From an uncultured delta proteobacterium (GTDB lineage Bacteria; Desulfobacterota; Binatia; UTPRO1), in assembly GCA_963761995.1 (NCBI GenBank), contig CAVXIU010000003.1:8612-72611 (forward strand): a stretch of DNA of 64,000 nucleotides, in the 5' to 3' direction. The position numbers were made by a program, and so were the translations under genes. Positions 29,082 through 39,284 of the stretch are shown here, piece after piece. The notes under the pieces are model-generated. The model was not told the DNA's origin, searched no databases, and worked only from the letters and a program-made list of their open reading frames with translations. Numbering within the stretch: position 1 is the stretch's first letter; every line of letters starts with the position of its first letter.

Positions 29082-32000
29082 GTGGATCTACGGCTGCTGG
29101 GGCCGCTCGAGGTTTCCTTCGAGGACGGCCCGATCGAGCTCGGCCCGCGCAAACAGCGGGCGGTACTGGCGATGCTTGCGCTGGAGGAGGGCAAGACGGT
29201 CTCTGCCGATCGCCTGTCGGAAGGGCTGTGGGGCGACCGGTCGCCGTCGAGCGCGGCGAAGATGGTGCAGCTCTATATCTCCCACCTGCGTCGGCTGCTC
29301 GGCGAGAACGGCGCCCGGATCGTCACGCGTGGGCGCGGCTATGAGCTGCAGCTCGCTGACGGCGGTGTCGATGTGGCACGGGCGGAGCGGCTGCTGGAGG
29401 AGTCGCGGCCGCGCGAGGCGCTGGCGCTGTGGCGGGGCGAGCCGCTGGCGGACCTCGCTGACGAGCCGTTCGCCGGAGCCGAGATCCGGCGCCTCGAGGA
29501 CCTGCGGCTGCGCGCCACCGAGATGGCGGTCGAGGCCGACTTGGCGGCCGGGCGCCACGCCGAGCTGACCGGCGAGCTCGACCGGCTGGTCGCCGAGCAC
29601 CCGCTGCGTGAACGCCTGCACGGCCAACGGATGCTCGCGCTCTACCGCGCCGGGCGGCAGTCCGAGGCGCTGGAGGCGTACCGGCAGGCGCGGTCGGCGC
29701 TCGTTGACCAGATCGGCGTCGAGCCTGGCGCCGAGCTGCGCCTGCTACACGAGCAGATCCTCGCCCAGGACCCCGCGCTTAACCTGCCGGCCGCGGCCGC
29801 GCAGCCACAGGCCGGGCTGGCGCCCCGAGCCCGGCGCCCGCGCGCGCTGCTGGTGGGTGCGGCCGTCTTGCTGCTCGCCGGGATCACCGCGTTCGGGGTC
29901 ATCCGCGTGCTGGAGCCCGACAGCCTCCCCGGCATCGACGAGGACGCGGTGGGCCTGCTCGACCCGGACGGCGGCCGCATCACCTTCCAGTACCCGGTGG
30001 GCCGCGGTCCCGGCGCGATGACGACCGACGGCCGTTCCGTCTGGGTCGCGAACGAGCGTGACGGCACGGTCTCGCACATCGACCGTCGGCGCAAGGAGGT
30101 GGGGACGATCACCCCTGGCGGGGCGCCCACGGCGCTTGCCTTCGGCGCCGGCTCGCTGTGGGTGGCGGACGGTGAAGGGCGGCAGGTCGCGCAGGTCGAT
30201 CCGGTCCGGAACAAGGTCCTGCAGCGCATCGACGCGGCGAACGCTCCGCGCTCGCTCGCACTGGCAGGGGGCGCGCTCTGGGTGGTCTCCGGCGTGGACG
30301 GCAGCTTGCACCGGATCGAGCTCGACCGCCCGCAGGCCGCACGCGCGGTCCGGCTCGGTGCGAGGGCGACCGCGATCGCCGCCGGCGCGGGCGCGCTCTG
30401 GGTGGCGAGCGAGGATGCCCGCGCCGTCACGCGCGTCGACCCGCGCTCGAGCGCCATGGTCGCCTCGATCCCGGTCGGGAATGCCCCGAGCGCGCTGGCG
30501 GTCGGCGACGGCGCCGTCTGGGTGGTCAGCCGCACCGAAGGGACGCTCACGCGCGTGGACCCCGACACGAACGCGACGTCGGGATCCGTGCGCGTGGGCA
30601 CCGACCTGACCGATGTCGCGGTCGGTGAAGGCGCCGTGTGGGTGGCCGGCGGCGAGGAAGGAACCGTGACCCGCGTCGACTCCGGCGACCTGCGGGTAGT
30701 CAAGAAGCGCAAGACGGGCAGCAGCCCCTCGGCGGTCGCGGTCGCCGACGGCTCGGTGTGGATCGCGGCCGTCCCGTCCGAGGCGGCACACCGGGGCGGG
30801 ACGCTGCGGGTCGACCTCCCCTCGACGATCGACGTCGCGGCGAACGTGATCAGCGACGCCGGCTACAGCCCCGAATCCGGCTTGGTGACGTCGCTCGCCT
30901 ACGACGGGCTCCTCGCCTATCGCCGCGTCGGCGGCGGCGCCAGTGCGACGCTGGTTGGCGCGCTGGCGACGCGGCCACCGGCTCCCAGCCCCGACGGGCG
31001 CACCTATGTCTTCACGCTCCGCCGTGGCTTGCGTTACTCGGACGGTACGCCGGTCAGCGCACACGATTTCCGTGCGTCGATGGAGCGCTACCTGGGCGCC
31101 ACCCGCGACGCGTTCCCGCCCTTCTTCGCGGGCATCGTCGGCGCGCGGCGCTGCAGAAGCGGACGCGGGGACTGCGATCTCTCGCGGGGTATCGAGTCGG
31201 ATCAGCGCACGCGGACGATCACCGTCCACCTGACCGAACCGGACCCGGAGTTCCTGCACAAGCTCACGCTGTCCTTCGCGTACGTCGTGCCGCCCGGCAC
31301 ACCTGCGAGCAGAAGGATCGACCTCGCCCCGCCGGGCACCGGTCCCTACCGCTTCGCCGGCTGGCATGCACCCCGCGGCGGCGTGCTCGTCCGCAACGCC
31401 CACTTCCGGCCGACCGCCGCGCGGCAGCCCGGGTTCGCGGACCGGATCGAGATCACGCGGAGGACGCCCGGTCGGGTCGAGGCCAACGTCGCGGCGGTTC
31501 AGCGCGGCAGCGCGGATGTGACGTGGGTCAGCCCGCCCTTCCAGGAGGTCCGCTCGCGCGAGCGCCTCGCCGCGCTGGTCGCTCGCTCGCCGGGACGGCT
31601 GTACAGCAGTGCTATCGCCGGGAAGGTGTGGATGTTTCTCAACACCCGGCAGCCGCCGTTCGATGACATTCGCGTCCGCCGGGCGGTCAACTTCGCCACC
31701 GATCGCGCTGATCTGGTCGAGCGCGTGGGCGGTCCCGAGGTCGCCGCCCCGGCGTGCCAGACCATCCCCGCCGCGTTCCCCGGCTTCTCGCCCTACTGCC
31801 CCTACACCGTCGATCGAGCGGGTGGCGGCTGGATCGCTCCCGATCTCTCGCACGCGCGTCGCCTCATCGCGGAGTCCGGCACCGCCGGCGCGAAGGTGGT
31901 CGTCGAGATCCCGGTGTGGCAGCGCCCTGTCGGTGCCTACTTCGTGTCACTGCTGCGCGACGTCGGGTTCCGGGCGCGAACGCACGTGCTCGGCGTCGAC

Positions 32001-32372
32001 GACTACTTCTCGAACATCTACCGGCCTCGCTCGCGCGTGCAGATGGGCTGGGCGGGCTGGGGCGCCGACTACATGTTCCCGTCGACCTTCATCGAGCCCC
32101 TGTTCGGCTGCGCAACACGCGCCGATCGGCACGACTCCAACGTCTCCCGCCTCTGCTCAGAGAGGGTCATGACCGCGATCCGGCGCGCGCAGTCGAGCGG
32201 CCCCGACGACGCCGCGGCGGCGTGGGCGGTGGCGGATCGCCGCATCGTCGACCTCGCGGCCGCGGTCCCGTACGTCGATGGCCGCACGGCGGTGATTGTC
32301 TCGAAGCGGGTCGGCAACGTCGAGCAACATCCGCTGTGGGGGACGCTGCTGGACCGAATGTGGGTTCGCTGA
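29082..32372 (+). CDS. SARP (OmpR-HTH/BTAD) regulator fused to a TM helix, beta-propeller repeats and a family-5 solute-binding domain
   Basis: LLGPLEV...EHPLRERL..MLALYRAGRQSEAL; TM LLVGAAVLLLAG; repeated GAGxLWV; GGTLRV...PGTGPY...FDDIRVRRAVN. Confidence 0.9.
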   Translation: MDLRLLGPLEVSFEDGPIELGPRKQRAVLAMLALEEGKTVSADRLSEGLWGDRSPSSAAKMVQLYISHLRRLLGENGARIVTRGRGYELQLADGGVDVARAERLLEESRPREALALWRGEPLADLADEPFAGAEIRRLEDLRLRATEMAVEADLAAGRHAELTGELDRLVAEHPLRERLHGQRMLALYRAGRQSEALEAYRQARSALVDQIGVEPGAELRLLHEQILAQDPALNLPAAAAQPQAGLAPRARRPRALLVGAAVLLLAGITAFGVIRVLEPDSLPGIDEDAVGLLDPDGGRITFQYPVGRGPGAMTTDGRSVWVANERDGTVSHIDRRRKEVGTITPGGAPTALAFGAGSLWVADGEGRQVAQVDPVRNKVLQRIDAANAPRSLALAGGALWVVSGVDGSLHRIELDRPQAARAVRLGARATAIAAGAGALWVASEDARAVTRVDPRSSAMVASIPVGNAPSALAVGDGAVWVVSRTEGTLTRVDPDTNATSGSVRVGTDLTDVAVGEGAVWVAGGEEGTVTRVDSGDLRVVKKRKTGSSPSAVAVADGSVWIAAVPSEAAHRGGTLRVDLPSTIDVAANVISDAGYSPESGLVTSLAYDGLLAYRRVGGGASATLVGALATRPPAPSPDGRTYVFTLRRGLRYSDGTPVSAHDFRASMERYLGATRDAFPPFFAGIVGARRCRSGRGDCDLSRGIESDQRTRTITVHLTEPDPEFLHKLTLSFAYVVPPGTPASRRIDLAPPGTGPYRFAGWHAPRGGVLVRNAHFRPTAARQPGFADRIEITRRTPGRVEANVAAVQRGSADVTWVSPPFQEVRSRERLAALVARSPGRLYSSAIAGKVWMFLNTRQPPFDDIRVRRAVNFATDRADLVERVGGPEVAAPACQTIPAAFPGFSPYCPYTVDRAGGGWIAPDLSHARRLIAESGTAGAKVVVEIPVWQRPVGAYFVSLLRDVGFRARTHVLGVDDYFSNIYRPRSRVQMGWAGWGADYMFPSTFIEPLFGCATRADRHDSNVSRLCSERVMTAIRRAQSSGPDDAAAAWAVADRRIVDLAAAVPYVDGRTAVIVSKRVGNVEQHPLWGTLLDRMWVR

Positions 32373-33052
32373 GTCTGGACTCACTCCGGGCGGCGACGGG
32401 TCTTGGAGCTCACGTATCGCGTGCATGCGAAAGTCGCGTCTTCGCGTTGCGCCAGCGCCTGACTTGAATCGGACGTCCGATCGACCGACAACCGCGAACA
32501 TCGCCGGCTTCTCGTCTGTATGCCGACGTCCCATCTTCTCGCGACTGCTGCTTCCTGCTTAGTTGCGGGCGTCTTGGTAGCGAACCCGAGACGTCCCCAA
32601 CGGACGATGTGCAGGCGCGTGGATCCGCGCGGAGTGCTTGCCCGCTTCCGCAACGTAGCGAGCGCTGCCCGCCCAACTAGCCGGTTCGCGAGCTCCCGCT
32701 GAATGGAGACGCGGCGCGGCGTCGCATACCCAAGCGAACACGAAGTCACCGCGCACGTCACGGAGGGAACACACGCTGGCCAAGCCGAGCCGGCAGGCAT
32801 CTCTCCGCTCGAGCGCGCGCCGAAGGCGATGCCACGCCGGTCTCTCCTCCGTTCGCCGACGTTCCGGGCGAAGCGCGCCGCGGGCTCCCGTCGTACCGAA
32901 TCGGGACGTGCGGCCGTATTGGGCCTGAGGTGTCCGTCAACCCCAGAATCGCCGAGAAAAGCCCGCAAATTCCGAACATCCGAGCGCTGCACCTGTTTTG
33001 CTGAAACCGCGCAGTTTGCAGGGATTTCGCGCCTGCGGGCCGCTTGGAGGTA

Positions 33053-33098
33053 ACGACTGAAAATCGTGGTGTCCCCGGTTCGAGTCCGGGTCTCGCCA
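33053..33098 (+). repeat. att core: tRNA-Phe 3' part, copy 3
   Basis: Identical to 1888-1933. Confidence 0.97.
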
Positions 33099-33522
33099 TC
33101 CCGAGAACCGCCTGCTAGTAGGTGATTTTCTTGTCGTTGAGGAGACAGTCCTCGTGGCCGAGATACGGGCCAATTTCGGTGCGAGTGCCTAATCGAGTGC
33201 CTAAACCGGAGGCCGCCTTGTGGCGCAGGCGTGCCAGCCGGCGGTGCTTACAGGACCCCTGACAAGCCCGTGGGATGTGCCCGCTGCTTCCTTGAGCACA
33301 TGGTGTAGCGAAGGCCTAGCTGTCGCGTCAGCCGAAGCGGCACTCGGGGTCTCCGCCGGGCGCGCTTCCCCTTTGCATGGAACGCAGCAGAGGACTGGCG
33401 ATCAGCGGGTGTCGGGTGTAGCGTGGCTCGTGGTAGTAGTCAAAAGCGCCGCTGGCAGCTGCCGGGCACCATCCACTTCCGACGCAACACGTCGCACTTG
33501 CGTGCGGACTGGATGACTGACC

Positions 33523-34215
33523 ATGGCCATTGCGGACCTGAGACCCGCCTCCAACCACACGACCTCCCCGCCAGTCGTTCGCCCGGACTCCAGCGTGCGT
33601 CGGACCGCCCGAATCGTTGGCGTCCTCTTCCTTGCGGGCTACTTGACATATGGCGTAGGCAACCTCATAGCGACGGGCATCGTCGACTCCGGTGACCGCA
33701 GCAGCTCCACCGCGTTGTTCGTCGCCGGCGCCGCGCTGATGCTGCTCAACTCCGCATTCGTGATCGCCATCGGTGTCCTGATGCTCCCGATCCTGCGACC
33801 CCACAACAAGGCCATAGCCGCGGGCTACCTGGGCACGCGGATCTTCGAGGGCGTCGTCCTGGCCATCGGTGTCGTGAGCCTCATCGTCCTCACCGGCTCC
33901 GCCGCCATCGACGCGAATGCCGCTTTCTACAGCGTCGCCGAGGCCGGGCTCGGTATCGGAAGCCTCTTCTTCTGCGCTCTGCTCTTCCGCACCGGACTCG
34001 TTCCGCGTTTCCTCGCTGTCTGGGGCTTCATCGGCTACGCGTGCTTCGCCGCGGGCAACCTGCTGGAGCTGTTCGGCGTCGCGGGCGCCGGGATCGTCGC
34101 CGCCATCCCCGGTGGATTGTTCGAGCTGACATTCGCCATCTGGCTAATCGCCCGCGGGTTCGCCTCCACCGCGACCGTCCCCTCGCCCGCGAGGACCGCC
34201 GTCGCACCGGCCTAG
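33523..34215 (+). CDS. DUF4386-like membrane protein
   Basis: RRTARIVGVLFL...RIFEG...LVPRFLAVWG...PGGLFEL..WLIARGF. Confidence 0.8.
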   Translation: MAIADLRPASNHTTSPPVVRPDSSVRRTARIVGVLFLAGYLTYGVGNLIATGIVDSGDRSSSTALFVAGAALMLLNSAFVIAIGVLMLPILRPHNKAIAAGYLGTRIFEGVVLAIGVVSLIVLTGSAAIDANAAFYSVAEAGLGIGSLFFCALLFRTGLVPRFLAVWGFIGYACFAAGNLLELFGVAGAGIVAAIPGGLFELTFAIWLIARGFASTATVPSPARTAVAPA

Positions 34216-34315
34216 ACCGACACGCTGCCGCTTTGGACTGCCATGAAGGAGGGCCTCCCCGGTGGCACGCTCCGGCGTGTTGACCGAGGGAGCGAGCTCG
34301 AGGAGGCCCGTCTTG

Positions 34316-35362
34316 ATGTTGCACGCTGGATTGGATTTGAGTCGACGCAAGATCGACGTCTGCCTGCTGTCGGCGGGTGGCGAGATCGTCGAGGAGTTCG
34401 CGTCGCCGCCCGATGGCGAAGGCTTGCGCGGGCTGACGCGTCGGGTCGGGAGCCACGGGCTGGCGGTGCGTGGCGTGATCGAGTCGATGACCGGCGCGCG
34501 GTTTGTGCATGACCGGCTTGAGGAGCTCGGTTGGGATGTACTGATCGCCGACGCGGCCAAGGTCAAGGGCCTGGCGCCGCTGGCATGCAAGACCGACAAG
34601 ATCGACGCGCGGGTGCTGGCCGTGCTGTCTGAGCGTGACTTGGTCCCGGAGATCTGGCTGCCCGACCCCCGGGTCCGGCGCGAGCGTGAGCTGGCGCGCT
34701 TTCGGATGCATCTGGTCAAGCACCGCTCGATGCTCAAGCACCGCATCCACGCGACGCTGATCACCTTCGGGCACCCGTGCCCGGTCAGCGACCTGTTCGG
34801 CGTCGCCGGCCGCGAGCTGCTGGAGCGCCTCGCAATCCCGCAGCCGTGGCGCGGCACCGTCGACGCCAGCCTGGAGCTGATCGGCGACCTCGACCGCCAG
34901 ATCGATCAGATCAACAAGGACCTGCGCTCCTCAGGGGCCGATCACCCTTACGTGCCGCTGCTGCTGACCGTTCCGGGGATCGGTTGGGTGCTGGCGTTCA
35001 CGATCGCCGCCGAGATCGGCGACATCACCCGCTTCGCGTCAGCGAAGAAGCTCTGCGGCTACACCGGGCTCTGCCCACGCGTCAACCAGTCCGGTGATCG
35101 CGACCGCCGCGGCCCGCTGACCAAACAGGGCCCGAAGTACCTGCGCTGGGCGATGCTCGAAGCGACCATGCACGCCCTGCGCCACCCCGCCTACGCCGAG
35201 CGCTACCAGCGCACCAAGCGTCGCCTCGGCCGCCAACGCGGCGCCAAGGTCGCCCAGATCGACATCGCCAGAAAGCTCACCGAAGCGATCTGGCACATGC
35301 TCACCAACAACCAGCCCTTCACCCCCGCCCCGGGAGGCTCCACTTTTCGTCTGGCCGCCTGA
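34316..35362 (+). CDS. IS110 family transposase/recombinase
   Basis: RuvC-like DEDD (GLDLS, IES, KTDKIDA), VPGIG, GLCPRVNQSG. Confidence 0.95.
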   Translation: MLHAGLDLSRRKIDVCLLSAGGEIVEEFASPPDGEGLRGLTRRVGSHGLAVRGVIESMTGARFVHDRLEELGWDVLIADAAKVKGLAPLACKTDKIDARVLAVLSERDLVPEIWLPDPRVRRERELARFRMHLVKHRSMLKHRIHATLITFGHPCPVSDLFGVAGRELLERLAIPQPWRGTVDASLELIGDLDRQIDQINKDLRSSGADHPYVPLLLTVPGIGWVLAFTIAAEIGDITRFASAKKLCGYTGLCPRVNQSGDRDRRGPLTKQGPKYLRWAMLEATMHALRHPAYAERYQRTKRRLGRQRGAKVAQIDIARKLTEAIWHMLTNNQPFTPAPGGSTFRLAA

Positions 35363-35510
35363 CGGCCCTTTTGGACTTGAGCCCCCGGAGCCGGCCTCCA
35401 ATGTCGCCTGGTCCTGCCGATGAGCAGGCAATAGAGAGATGAGCGCCGCTCGCCACCGACCACACCCCGAAAGGCTCCACCGCCCACAGCACCAACGCCA
35501 TTGACAACAC
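35363..35510 (+). ncRNA. Putative bridge/seek RNA region of the IS1111 element
   Basis: Position typical of IS1111; contains TTTGGAC (matches the target junction) and ATAGAGA (matches the donor junction). Confidence 0.55.
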
Positions 35511-35554
35511 GCCCTTCTTCATAGAGACGAATCAGCAGTCGCAATACTTCTCGC

Positions 35555-35977
35555 ATGAGGACACTGCACATGGGCCTGCGGGTGGCCCACCTGGAACGGT
35601 CGCTAGCCTTCTACGCAGCCCTGGGCTACCGGGTCATCGGAAGCGTCCGTGCGACCTCCCTCGGTGACCTCACCATGCTCAAGCTCCCCGACGATCCGTT
35701 CGTCGCCATCGAGCTCGTTTCGGGCTCATCCGCGAGCGCGTCGAGCGGCGGCGACAGCCTCAGTCACTTCGTGATCAAGGTGGAGTCGATGGATGCTGTC
35801 CTGGCTGAGCTCGCCGCTGCGGGCATCCACCCTGACGAGCCGCCGGTGTCACCGGACGGCTCGAACGAGTTCCAGACTGCTTGGATCACCGACCCGGACG
35901 GAAACCGGATCGAGCTTGTGCAGTGGCCGCCCGACCACCCGGACGGCATGACCGCAGCCGACTTTTCGGACGCCTGA
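35555..35977 (+). CDS. VOC/glyoxalase family protein
   Basis: HMGLRV..LERSLAFY, DPDGNRIELVQ. Confidence 0.9.
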   Translation: MRTLHMGLRVAHLERSLAFYAALGYRVIGSVRATSLGDLTMLKLPDDPFVAIELVSGSSASASSGGDSLSHFVIKVESMDAVLAELAAAGIHPDEPPVSPDGSNEFQTAWITDPDGNRIELVQWPPDHPDGMTAADFSDA

Positions 35978-35994
35978 GCCGTCCGGCCTCGCGG

Positions 35995-36024
35995 GGCTGC
36001 TGCTTTGCATGGAAAGCAGCAGTC
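35995..36024. repeat. Palindromic repeat; 23 bp identical to 45787-45809
   Basis: GGCTGCTGCTTT-GCATGG-AAAGCAGCAGTC. Confidence 0.9.
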
Positions 36025-36276
36025 GCCGCCGCGACCGCCTCCCCGTCGCTTCCACGCGAACACGTGAGCGCCATCTCAGAGGCGTGATGGGCCTATCGGA
36101 ACCGGTAGATCGGGTACGAGGGCGCTGGGCGGCCTCGATCGCCGGCGAGGCACGGCCCTGCCGGCCCTCGTGGCGCGCGGCGTGCGTTCTCGCCGAGATG
36201 CGGTGACGCTCAGACTCGAGGCCATGGATGGGCAGGACGGGACTGCCACCGTCGGCTAGGCGGGTAGCGTCGTTCG

Positions 36277-36957
36277 ATGGAACTGGGCCCGCGCTTGATC
36301 GACGTCCGTGTACCGCGCGAGCCCGAGGGCGCGGTGTTGCTCTTGCACGGCGGTGCGAGCCGGCGGGGGAGCATGCGCGTGAGCCCCACGCAGCTGTCCG
36401 TGCTGCGCATGATTCCGATCGCCGGCCGCGTCGCGCGCGCCGGCCGCGGGCGGCTGGCCGTCTTCCGCCTGCTCAACTCGCGACGCGGCTGGAACACCGG
36501 TCACACGCCGGTCGACGATGCCGAGCGGGCGCTGTCAGAGGTCGCGAAGCGCTTCGGCGAGGCGCTGCCCGCGTGCCTCATCGGTCACTCGCTCGGGGGT
36601 CGCGCAGCACTGCTGGCGGCGGGACAGCCGACGGTCTGCAGCGTGGTCGCACTGGCTCCATGGGTGTATCCGACCGACGTGGTTGCTCAGGACGGTCGAA
36701 GGATCTTGATCGTGCACGGCACGCAGGACCGGATCGCGAGCCAGAGCCGGTCGCTGGCCCTCGCCCGGACGCTCAGCCGCTCCGCCGAGATCGGTTACGT
36801 GAGCGTCGAGGGCGGCAAGCACGCGATGCTTCGCCATCACGCCGTCTTCGACCGGCTCGCTGCCGAGTTTGCCGTGACGACGCTGCTCGGGACGCCGCCG
36901 GCAGGGGCGCTGGCGCGCATCGCTGCAGGGGAGCGACTCGTCACGGTGTCGTCGTGA
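36277..36957 (+). CDS. Alpha/beta hydrolase
   Basis: LLHGG, GHSLGG, HGTQD, KH. Confidence 0.85.
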   Translation: MELGPRLIDVRVPREPEGAVLLLHGGASRRGSMRVSPTQLSVLRMIPIAGRVARAGRGRLAVFRLLNSRRGWNTGHTPVDDAERALSEVAKRFGEALPACLIGHSLGGRAALLAAGQPTVCSVVALAPWVYPTDVVAQDGRRILIVHGTQDRIASQSRSLALARTLSRSAEIGYVSVEGGKHAMLRHHAVFDRLAAEFAVTTLLGTPPAGALARIAAGERLVTVSS

Positions 36958-36997
36958 CGCGGAACGCACGAGGTTGGTGACTACCTAAGCTGGCCGG

Positions 36998-38047
36998 ATG
37001 CTCCTGCGCCACGCCCAGCGCGTCGCCGCTGCCGTCGTGCTCACGCGCCTTGCCCGTGGCCGCCAGCGCTTGCCGCCGCTGGTCGCGACCAATGCCCGCC
37101 GGCGGGTCTCGGTCGTCGTCCCCGCGCGCGACGAGGCGCTGCGCCTGCGCCCGTGCCTGGAGGCACTGCGGGCCGATTCGAGCGTGCACGAGGTAATCGT
37201 CGTCGACGACGAATCCTCCGACGGCACCGCGGCGCTTGCCCGCTCCCTGGGCGCAACCGTGGTCCAGGGCGCGCCGCCGCCGCGCGGCTGGGTCGGCAAG
37301 CCGTGGGCTCTGCAGCAGGGCCTCGAGGCGGCCACGGGCGAGGTAGTGGTCTCGCTCGACGCGGACACGAGGCCACACGTCGGCTTGATCGGCGCGCTCG
37401 ACGCCGCGCTTTCCGATGCCGACCTGGTGACGGGCGCGCCGCGGTTCGTCTGCGAGACGCCCGGGGAGCGCTGGTTGCACCCCTCGATGCTGGCCGGGCT
37501 CGTCTACCGCTTTGGTCCCTCGGGAGTGGCCGCCCCGCGGCGTATCGTCGCCAACGGGCAGTGCACGGCCGTGGTGCGCGAGCGCCTGCTGGCGGCGGGC
37601 GGATACCGCCACGCGGCGGGGCACATGACCGACGACGCGGCGCTCGCGCGGGGCCTCGCGGCGGACGGGTGGCGAGTGGCCCTGCGCGACGTGGCCGATC
37701 TGCTCGAGGTCAAGATGCACGACTCGCCGGGCGAGCTGTGGCGCGAGTGGGGGCGCTCGCTGTCCCTGCCCGGTGTGGAGCCCATGCGCGCCCAGGCTGC
37801 CGACCTGGTCGTGGTGTGGCTGACGATGGCGCTGCCGGTCGTTCGCCTGCTGGCCGGGCGGTCGCGCTGGCTGGATCTCGGGCTGCTCACGGTGCGCGCG
37901 GCGCTGCTGCTCGGACTGCGCCGCGCCTACGCGGCCCCGGGCGCCGCGTTCTGGCTCTCGCCGCTCGCGGATCCGGCCACCGCCGTCTGCCTCACGCTCT
38001 CGGCGCTCCGTCCGAGGCGAGAGTGGCGCGGGCGGACCTACGCCTGA
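36998..38047 (+). CDS. GT2 glycosyltransferase (carotenoid glycosyltransferase-like)
   Basis: VPARDE, DDESSDGT, GWVGKPWA, DAD, ANGQC, WRGRTY. Confidence 0.88.
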   Translation: MLLRHAQRVAAAVVLTRLARGRQRLPPLVATNARRRVSVVVPARDEALRLRPCLEALRADSSVHEVIVVDDESSDGTAALARSLGATVVQGAPPPRGWVGKPWALQQGLEAATGEVVVSLDADTRPHVGLIGALDAALSDADLVTGAPRFVCETPGERWLHPSMLAGLVYRFGPSGVAAPRRIVANGQCTAVVRERLLAAGGYRHAAGHMTDDAALARGLAADGWRVALRDVADLLEVKMHDSPGELWREWGRSLSLPGVEPMRAQAADLVVVWLTMALPVVRLLAGRSRWLDLGLLTVRAALLLGLRRAYAAPGAAFWLSPLADPATAVCLTLSALRPRREWRGRTYA

Positions 38048-38579
38048 GGTCCGCGATGCCAAAGAACGCTCCGATCAGGCACATGAGCGCGCCGGTGGCC
38101 GCCACACGCTCGACCGGATCGACGGCGAGCTGGATCAGCGGGAACGCGAACACGCCGGCGCGGGCGCCCCACGCGAACGAGCGCGCGGCGCTGACCGCGG
38201 CGCACAACCCCAGGGCGAGCGCGCCGGCGAGGGGTGAGAGGGCGATGCCGCCGCCCACGAAGGTCATCACCGCCTTGCCCCCGCGGAAGTGGGCGAACAC
38301 GGGCAGCGCGTGGCCCACCATCGCCGCGGCGACGGCGGCCCACGCGACCCACCAGGTGCCGAGCGCGTAGCCGGCGAGGGCGGCCAGCATGCCCTTGGCG
38401 GCGTCGCAGAGAAACGCCGGCGCGGCTCGGCGGCCGCCGAGTTGCTCGAGCGCGTTCCACGCTCCGGGGTTCCCGTCGCCCGTCCGCCGCAGGTCGACCC
38501 CGTAGCGGCGCGCGACGAGCAGCGAGCAGGGGATCGAGCCCAGGAGATAGCCCACAATGATCGCTCCCGCGTACTCCAC
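37992..38579 (-). CDS. PlsY-family acyltransferase
   Basis: [29 protein letters not shown]. Confidence 0.85.
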   Translation of the reverse strand: MEYAGAIIVGYLLGSIPCSLLVARRYGVDLRRTGDGNPGAWNALEQLGGRRAAPAFLCDAAKGMLAALAGYALGTWWVAWAAVAAAMVGHALPVFAHFRGGKAVMTFVGGGIALSPLAGALALGLCAAVSAARSFAWGARAGVFAFPLIQLAVDPVERVAATGALMCLIGAFFGIADLRRRSARATLASDGAPRA

Positions 38580-38582
38580 TCA

Positions 38583-39284
38583 GTGCTCGCCTCCTTTCAT
38601 CTGACGCGCTACCCGCGGGCGACCGCGCCGCAGGGATTGTCGCGGATGGGCCTCGACCGTCCCGCGCTGGCGCGTACTCCCGGCCTGCGCTTCTGGCGGC
38701 TGTTGGGCACCGGTCGGGGCGCGACGATGACCTTGAGCGCAGACCTGCGGCGCTGGGCGATGTTCGCGGTGTGGGAGGACGAACGCGCGCTCGAGCGCTT
38801 CCTGTCGGGCTCGCCGGTCGCGTCGCGCTGGCAGGCGCTGGGGGCGGAGAGCTACAGCCTGCGCCTCGCGCCGCTGCGCGCGCACGGGGCGTGGGGCGGC
38901 TCGAACCCGCTCGCAGCTCTCGCGCCGCGCGAGCACGATGGCCCTGTCGCGATCCTCACGCGCGCGAGCATCCGGGCCCGTCGCCTGGCCGCCTTCTACC
39001 GGTCGATCGAGGCGCCCGCGCTCGACCTTTCCGGGCGCCCCGGCCTGCTCGCGTCGGTGGGCATGGGCGAATGGCCGCTGGCGCGGCAGGCGACGTTCTC
39101 GCTCTGGAGCTCGTTCGCCGACGCGCGCGAGTACGCCTACGGGCGTCCCGACCACCGCGAGGTGCTGCGCCGCACGCGGGAGCAGGGCTGGTACGCCGAG
39201 GAGTTGTTCGCGCGCTTCCGCCCCTACGGTGCCGCGGGGACCTGGGGCGGCGCGGACCCGCTCAGGCTCCCCGCGCGGCACTGA
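38583..39284 (+). CDS. crtA: Spheroidene monooxygenase (CrtA)-like protein
   Basis: [44 protein letters not shown]. Confidence 0.8.
   Translation: MLASFHLTRYPRATAPQGLSRMGLDRPALARTPGLRFWRLLGTGRGATMTLSADLRRWAMFAVWEDERALERFLSGSPVASRWQALGAESYSLRLAPLRAHGAWGGSNPLAALAPREHDGPVAILTRASIRARRLAAFYRSIEAPALDLSGRPGLLASVGMGEWPLARQATFSLWSSFADAREYAYGRPDHREVLRRTREQGWYAEELFARFRPYGAAGTWGGADPLRLPARH

Larger units (their letters stand above)
25890..33098. mobile_element. Genomic island 2 (7.2 kb, no recombinase gene)
   Basis: Bounded by att copies 2 and 3; same arms as island 1. Confidence 0.85.
34236..35528 (+). mobile_element. IS110-family element, IS1111 subgroup
   Basis: Subterminal IRs ATGAAGGAGGGC (34243-34254) and GCCCTTCTTCAT (35511-35522); GAC core at both ends; long 3' non-coding region. 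Confidence 0.9.

Noticed and set aside
15713-31853. Long overlapping ORFs such as 15713-17602, the 5' part of 21482-23521 and 29745-31853
   Set aside because: Shadow frames of real genes in high-GC DNA, Arg/Pro-rich or antisense.
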